Shown piece by piece: positions 59,397-64,000 of a stretch of 64,000 bases of DNA (position 1 is its first letter; every line of letters starts with the position of its first letter). The notes under the pieces were generated by a model, which saw only the letters and a program-made list of their open reading frames with translations, was not told where the DNA came from and ran no database searches. Location of the stretch: assembly GCA_038135595.1 (NCBI GenBank), contig JAYPXQ010000002.1, positions 4,951-68,950 of the forward strand, written 5' to 3'. Source of the stretch: Halieaceae bacterium (GTDB lineage Bacteria; Pseudomonadota; Gammaproteobacteria; Pseudomonadales; Halieaceae). The translations under genes were made by a program, and so were the position numbers.

Positions 59397-59514
59397 CGCT
59401 GGATCCGAGAGCGGGGTTGTCAGTTTGTCCTGCGAGTCGGGCGACTGCGCGCTATTCATATGATTGTCACAATTATCCGGTAAGTTGGAAAAACGGTAAC
59501 AGAGGGCTTCTCCC

Positions 59515-60789
59515 ATGGAAATTCTAGCGTCACACGGCTTTATTTTGCTCGCCCTTGCCTGTGTTTTTGGTCTCTTTATGGCTTGGGGCATTGGCGCAAA
59601 CGATGTCGCTAACGCGATGGGAACCTCGGTGGGTTCGAGAGCCCTGACTCTGAAACAAGCGATTCTGGTCGCGGCGATATTTGAATTCGCAGGCGCTTAT
59701 CTGGCGGGTGGCGAGGTGACTTCGACTATCCGCAAGGGCATTATCGATCCCGCGGTGTTGGCGAACTCTCCCGAGCTATTGGTGTTCGGCATGTTGTCCG
59801 CGTTGCTCGCGGCCGCCACCTGGCTTCTGATTGCGAGTATGCGGGGATGGCCGGTATCGACGACCCACTCCATTGTCGGTGCCATTGTCGGGTTCGCGGC
59901 AGTGGGTATTTCTGTCGAAGCGGTTGCTTGGGGAAAGGTTGGCACTATCGCTGCGAGTTGGGTCGTATCTCCGTTGCTGGCGGGGTCGATGTCTTTTGCG
60001 CTCTTTATCTCTGTGAAGCGCCTCATTCTCGACCACGAAAATACTTTCGACCGCGCCCGGCAGTATGTACCCGTCTACATGTGGATGGTGGGCTTTATGA
60101 TCAGCATGGTCACGTTGCTGAAAGGTCTCAAGCACATCGGTGTAGATTTCGATCTCGGCATGGGTTCCAAGTTCACCAACGCGATGGTGTTGTCGGCGGC
60201 CGTTGGCCTGGTCGTCGCGTTTATCGGCTCCATCGCATTGCGGCGTATTAAAGTTGATGGCGATATCAACAGTGTCGACAACGTTGAGAAAGTTTTCGGC
60301 ATTCTGATGATTTTTACAGCCTGTGGCATGGCCTTTGCCCACGGGTCAAACGACGTGGCCAATGCGGTGGGCCCCCTGGCAGCCGTGGTCAGTACGGTGC
60401 AGTCGGGCGGGGTGATTGGTGCGAAGTCGGTCATGCCCTGGTGGGTGTTGGGCATTGGTGCTGCCGGTATTGTTGTCGGATTGGCGACCTACGGGTGGCG
60501 GGTGATTCAAACTATTGGTAGAAAAATCACTGAGCTGACGCCAAGTCGCGGATTTGCTGCAGAACTGGCGGCGGCTTCTACCGTCGTGTTGGCATCGGCA
60601 ACTGGATTGCCGATATCGACAACCCATACGCTGGTGGGCGCCGTGCTGGGGGTCGGTCTGGCTCGCGGTGTTGAAGCCCTGCATTTGCCAACGGTGGGTG
60701 CGATCATTACCTCATGGGTTGTGACACTGCCCGCCGGCGCAGGGTTAGCGGTGATATTTTTCTATGTGCTGTCGGCCATATTTGGCTAA
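59515..60789 (+). CDS. pit: Inorganic phosphate transporter, PiT family
   Basis: GANDVANAMGTSVGS and HGSNDVANAVGPL duplicated signatures, 424 aa. Confidence 0.92.
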   Translation: MEILASHGFILLALACVFGLFMAWGIGANDVANAMGTSVGSRALTLKQAILVAAIFEFAGAYLAGGEVTSTIRKGIIDPAVLANSPELLVFGMLSALLAAATWLLIASMRGWPVSTTHSIVGAIVGFAAVGISVEAVAWGKVGTIAASWVVSPLLAGSMSFALFISVKRLILDHENTFDRARQYVPVYMWMVGFMISMVTLLKGLKHIGVDFDLGMGSKFTNAMVLSAAVGLVVAFIGSIALRRIKVDGDINSVDNVEKVFGILMIFTACGMAFAHGSNDVANAVGPLAAVVSTVQSGGVIGAKSVMPWWVLGIGAAGIVVGLATYGWRVIQTIGRKITELTPSRGFAAELAAASTVVLASATGLPISTTHTLVGAVLGVGLARGVEALHLPTVGAIITSWVVTLPAGAGLAVIFFYVLSAIFG

Positions 60790-60874
60790 CAGTGGGTGAG
60801 TCATGCCGGATCATGGGGTGATCGCTAATCGATCGACATCCGGTTTTCAACTAACAGCTGAAAGGAAATAAGCA

Positions 60875-61555
60875 ATGGCAGTTAAACCCGCTTTATCTGA
60901 GGTGCTCAGTAGTTCGCCGCTAGCGATCATGGAGCGGCACGCCGCCGCTTGTCTGGATTGCGTCATGCGACTTGGCCCGTACTTTGAGGCGGCTCAAGGG
61001 GGTCATTGGGGAAAAGCAGAGAAGTTGCAGCTGGAGATAGCCCGTCTCGAGGGTATTGCAGATGAAATTAAAATGGACGTGCGCCGCAATCTACCCAGAG
61101 GGCTGTGGATGTCGGTATCGCGGCCCGATCTTCTCGAGCTCGTTCGCATGCAAGATAAAATGGCCAATGAGACCAAGGATATTGCGGGTTTGTCTTTGGG
61201 TCGGGAGCTGGCCTTCCCTGAGAAATTAGAGAAATCACTCTTTAAGTTTATTGCGACCGTCACTGAGGCGGCCGAAAAGGCAGTTGAGGTCGTTTCTGCG
61301 ACGCGCGAGTTGTCCAGAACCGCTTTTGGGGCGCGTCAGGCCAAAGCGATTGTGACCAAGTGCATGCTGGTTGAGAAGATTGAGCGTCGCTCCGACGAGC
61401 TGCAGTCCAAGCTGAGGGCGAAATTGCGCAAACACGAGGAGGAGATTTCTCCGATCGATGCCATTTTCCTGTACGAGCTACTGTCGAATATTGGTGAGAT
61501 TGCAGATCACGCTGAGAAAGTGTCACACCGGGCGCAGATCATCGCGGCCAGCTAA
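60875..61555 (+). CDS. DUF47 / TIGR00153-type PhoU-like phosphate transport regulator
   Basis: 226 aa, helical. The ...ADEIKMDVRRNL... and ...LLSNIGEIADHAEKVSHRAQII blocks are typical of the PiT-associated PhoU-like family. Confidence 0.75.
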   Translation: MAVKPALSEVLSSSPLAIMERHAAACLDCVMRLGPYFEAAQGGHWGKAEKLQLEIARLEGIADEIKMDVRRNLPRGLWMSVSRPDLLELVRMQDKMANETKDIAGLSLGRELAFPEKLEKSLFKFIATVTEAAEKAVEVVSATRELSRTAFGARQAKAIVTKCMLVEKIERRSDELQSKLRAKLRKHEEEISPIDAIFLYELLSNIGEIADHAEKVSHRAQIIAAS

Positions 61556-61563
61556 TGGCTGGG

Positions 61564-62823
61564 TCACAGGGCTTCAAATCGAAGCCCAATTTTCCGGTAC
61601 CCGTGAGAGGCGAAGCTGGGTAGGTGAGTGAGATCACTGGATGCCTCGTCGAGTGTGATATTGCCAAGACGGGTGAATAGTTCCTCAAAGGCCACCCGCG
61701 CCTCGATGCGCGCCAGCTCGGCCCCCGCACAAAAATGGGGACCGAAACCAAAGCCCATATGGGGCTTGGTCATGGCACGATCGATGTCGAATCGCTCTGG
61801 GTTGGGGAATACCGCTGGATCCCAGTTGGCGCCCGCCCACATGGGGATCACCATACTGCCTCGCTCTACGGGCACACCCTCGAGGTCGTCGTCCCGCGTC
61901 GTACGTCGGTAGGTACACTGAATCGGCGGATCCCAGCGAAGCGCCTCTTCGACCATCGCCGGAATATCAGCAGGATTGCCGCGTAATCGCGCCATCAGCG
62001 CGTCGTCATTCAGAAGCACTAACATCGCATTGCCAATCAGGTTGGTCGTCGTTTCGTGACCCGCCAGTAAAATTTGGTCGATGATTGGCAGGAGTTCCTC
62101 GGTTGTAAGAGGGGGTTCTCCGTCTACTTCCGTATTCACCATGATGCTGAGCAGGTCATCGGTGGGCTTGCGCCGACGTTCCTCAATTCTCGGAACAAAA
62201 TACTCATGGAGTTCCACCACGGCGTGGGCTACTTCGCGGCGCCGCTCGTGACTGAGCATGTCGATGTTGCCCGATATCATCAGGTCGCCCCATTCTTTAA
62301 ACGTCCAGATGTCTTTCCGGTCAACACCGAGAATGTCGGCGATAACAGTAACCGGCAGCGGCACCGCAAATTCCGGAATGAAATCGACACTACCTCGGCC
62401 AATGAATGCGTCGATGAGCGTCGTTGTAATCTCACGAATTTGTGGTTCCAGCGCGCGCACGCTGCGCGGACTCAGTGCTTTACTGATCAATTTACGATGA
62501 CGCGTGTGCTCCGGTGGATCTGCGGTGAAGAGCGCATTGACGATAGGGTGTGCTCTGGAAAGTATCTCCTCGACGTCGTCTTGCACTGGCTCTGGATTGA
62601 TGCCCATATGCCGTGGCCCGCGCCCATCTTCGGTGATGCTCGACGAGTAGACCTGGGTATTTTTTGCAACCGCTGCCAGCACGTCGTATCCCGCCACCAC
62701 TGTGCCGATGTTCGGGTCGACACCAATCCCGCCCTGCTTGTGAAGGTGCTCGTAAATTTTGTACGGGCACTCTATGTGGGCGGTGTCCAATAAATCGATT
62801 TCTGGTGCGGGGTCTTCAGTCAT
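61564..62823 (-). CDS. Cytochrome P450
   Basis: Heme loop FGFGPHFCAGAELAR, I-helix AGHETT and EALRW (ExxR). ATG at 62823; the 35-codon extension in the track is rejected. Confidence 0.92.
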   Translation of the reverse strand: MTEDPAPEIDLLDTAHIECPYKIYEHLHKQGGIGVDPNIGTVVAGYDVLAAVAKNTQVYSSSITEDGRGPRHMGINPEPVQDDVEEILSRAHPIVNALFTADPPEHTRHRKLISKALSPRSVRALEPQIREITTTLIDAFIGRGSVDFIPEFAVPLPVTVIADILGVDRKDIWTFKEWGDLMISGNIDMLSHERRREVAHAVVELHEYFVPRIEERRRKPTDDLLSIMVNTEVDGEPPLTTEELLPIIDQILLAGHETTTNLIGNAMLVLLNDDALMARLRGNPADIPAMVEEALRWDPPIQCTYRRTTRDDDLEGVPVERGSMVIPMWAGANWDPAVFPNPERFDIDRAMTKPHMGFGFGPHFCAGAELARIEARVAFEELFTRLGNITLDEASSDLTHLPSFASHGYRKIGLRFEAL

Positions 62824-62979
62824 GGTGGTTTTCTTTAATGAGCAGCGGAATGAGCACCAGTATAAATAGAAAATGGACACTAAATCTGCGAATGTGTAGT
62901 TGACCGTTGAAGAATGGTCAGAGGCCAATGCCGCGCCGTAGATGTTTTGAAAAAAATCAGTCGTTAAAAAAGGGGAAAA

Positions 62980-63681
62980 ATGAGAATGAAAGCTATTTTT
63001 AAAGCCACTGTGGGCATGATGGCGGCGGTTAGCGCAGCGACTGCCTTATCGCAGGATGTGCCCGTCGTTTCAGTGATCAATGTCAAAACAATGGATCCAC
63101 AGGGTTACACCCAGTATCTGGCGGATAACCCTCAAATTATGTCCTCACTGGGGGCACAGATGGGAGGGACCTGCCTCACCGTCAGCGGACACCGCTACCC
63201 GAATCAGGCTTTCGCCTGGACTATTTTCCCCAACGCGGCTGCGGCGTTCAAAGCGGCTCGAATGTACTCGCAAGCTCCAGCTAATCCTGAGTTGGATGCT
63301 TTGCGGGAGAATGTCTCCTCGGAGTTCTATGCGATCTTAAAGCCTTTCACCAAGCCCTCGGGCTGGGAGCGGCGTTTTCAAATGGTGATCAATGACGTGC
63401 CCGGCTTTATTAAGGCGGCTACCGCGCTAGAGAAGTCCATGCAAGATGCCGGGCATCCTGTGGAAATTGGCATTTTCATGCCCATGGGTGCAGGAAAAAC
63501 CAAAGCGGGCCTCATTGATATTCGCATCTTTGCCGTAGAGCCAGAGATTGGTGGCGCGCTGGCGCAATATGTCTTGAGCGGTCAGCACGACCGCGCAGTG
63601 ATGGGGGAAATGCAATCGTTTATAGAGTCAGTCGAGCTGGATACCTTTGAGGATTGTAAGCAGGTGTTCGCGGCGGACTGA
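62980..63681 (+). CDS. Secreted hypothetical protein
   Basis: Signal peptide MRMKAIFKATVGMMAAVSAATALS. I recognise no family. Possibly two tandem alpha/beta half-domains. Confidence 0.55.
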   Translation: MRMKAIFKATVGMMAAVSAATALSQDVPVVSVINVKTMDPQGYTQYLADNPQIMSSLGAQMGGTCLTVSGHRYPNQAFAWTIFPNAAAAFKAARMYSQAPANPELDALRENVSSEFYAILKPFTKPSGWERRFQMVINDVPGFIKAATALEKSMQDAGHPVEIGIFMPMGAGKTKAGLIDIRIFAVEPEIGGALAQYVLSGQHDRAVMGEMQSFIESVELDTFEDCKQVFAAD

Positions 63682-63690
63682 TGCCGTGGT

Positions 63691-64000
63691 CTAGGAGAGC
63701 TCGGCTGCCGAGCTCTCCTCTTCCGATCGATCGCGCTTCACCGGAACAATAATTTCATTGCGGCGGAGAAAACCCAATGTCCACGGCGGATTGTATTGGT
63801 TCAATGTGGGTTCCCCTAGGATCTCGATACCCTCTCTAATGAGAAAGCTCCTCAGCTTTTGCCAATTTGCGTCAGCTTTCTCGGCGTTAGCCCAACCGCT
63901 AAAGCGAATAACAGCAGCGGTATAGGCGGGCGCCTGTCTGAAAGCAACGCGCGCGTCGTTGGGCTCGGGCAACTCATCAAAAGCGTATTCGGCGGGCATC
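63691..64000 (-). CDS. SOUL heme-binding family protein, C-terminal part (5' end probably beyond the right edge)
   Basis: ...AAVIRFSGWANAEKADANWQKLRSFLIREGIEILGEPTLNQYNPPWTLGFLRRNEIIVPV matches the C-terminal half of SOUL/HBP proteins. The ATG at 63997-63999 is probably internal. Confidence 0.7.
   Translation of the reverse strand, partial: MPAEYAFDELPEPNDARVAFRQAPAYTAAVIRFSGWANAEKADANWQKLRSFLIREGIEILGEPTLNQYNPPWTLGFLRRNEIIVPVKRDRSEEESSAAELS
63695..63721 (+). terminator. Perfect 12-bp stem / 3-nt loop hairpin after the secreted hypothetical gene
   Basis: AGGAGAGCTCGG-CTG-CCGAGCTCTCCT, starting 14 nt after the TGA at 63679-63681. The downstream T-run is weak (CTTCC). It lies inside the last codons of the convergent SOUL gene. 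Confidence 0.5.

Noticed and set aside
59463-59473. ATTGT-C-ACAAT palindrome and TTGTCA-like half Pho boxes upstream of pit
   Set aside because: It is only 11 bp, with no second phased half-site. It is too short to distinguish from chance.

Overview
Dense 64-kb chromosomal segment from a GC-rich Gammaproteobacterium. The uvrA / MFS / ssb order matches what I recall from Pseudomonas-like and marine Cellvibrionales-type genomes, but that taxon guess is low confidence. I call about 58 protein genes, mostly housekeeping.

Gene content, left to right:
- DNA repair and Moco: uvrA (partial), ssb, moaB-moeA.
- Lipid and sugar-nucleotide supply: fabA-fabB, manC-galU-PMM/PGM, pgi, ispB.
- Core operons: rplU-rpmA-obg-proB, hemH.
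- Three tandem acyl-CoA dehydrogenases.
- Photolyase cluster: Fe-S (6-4) photolyase, DUF2256 and Cry-DASH.
- galK-galT-galE.
- A tightly spaced nupC / 2OG-oxygenase / modABC run.
- Inorganic-carbon/sulfur neighbourhood: gamma-CA-like, rhodanese, SulP-STAS, beta-CA and LysR.
- serA, a 1149-aa AsmA-family protein, ltaE.
- Chitin-related locus: AraC, AA10 LPMO and a PQQ sugar dehydrogenase.
- Porin-PiT-DUF47 phosphate cluster, a P450 and a partial SOUL heme-binding gene.

I saw no rRNA, tRNA, CRISPR array, IS element, integrase, phage gene or recognisable defence gene. I cannot point to a clear-cut new system.

Best leads:
1. An exported PQQ sugar dehydrogenase next to a secreted LPMO, as a possible redox-partner pair.
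2. A roughly 260-bp AT-rich island with a 33-codon hydrophobic mini-ORF upstream of the nupC-oxygenase-modABC run.
3. A triple Pho-box array in front of the porin-PiT-DUF47 cluster.
4. An RmlD-like protein with its catalytic Tyr/Lys apparently replaced, sitting in front of moaB-moeA.
5. A repeat/palindrome operator candidate between the LysR gene and the beta-CA/SulP genes.

All functional calls rest on my reading of the translated ORFs and remembered family motifs. No searches were run.
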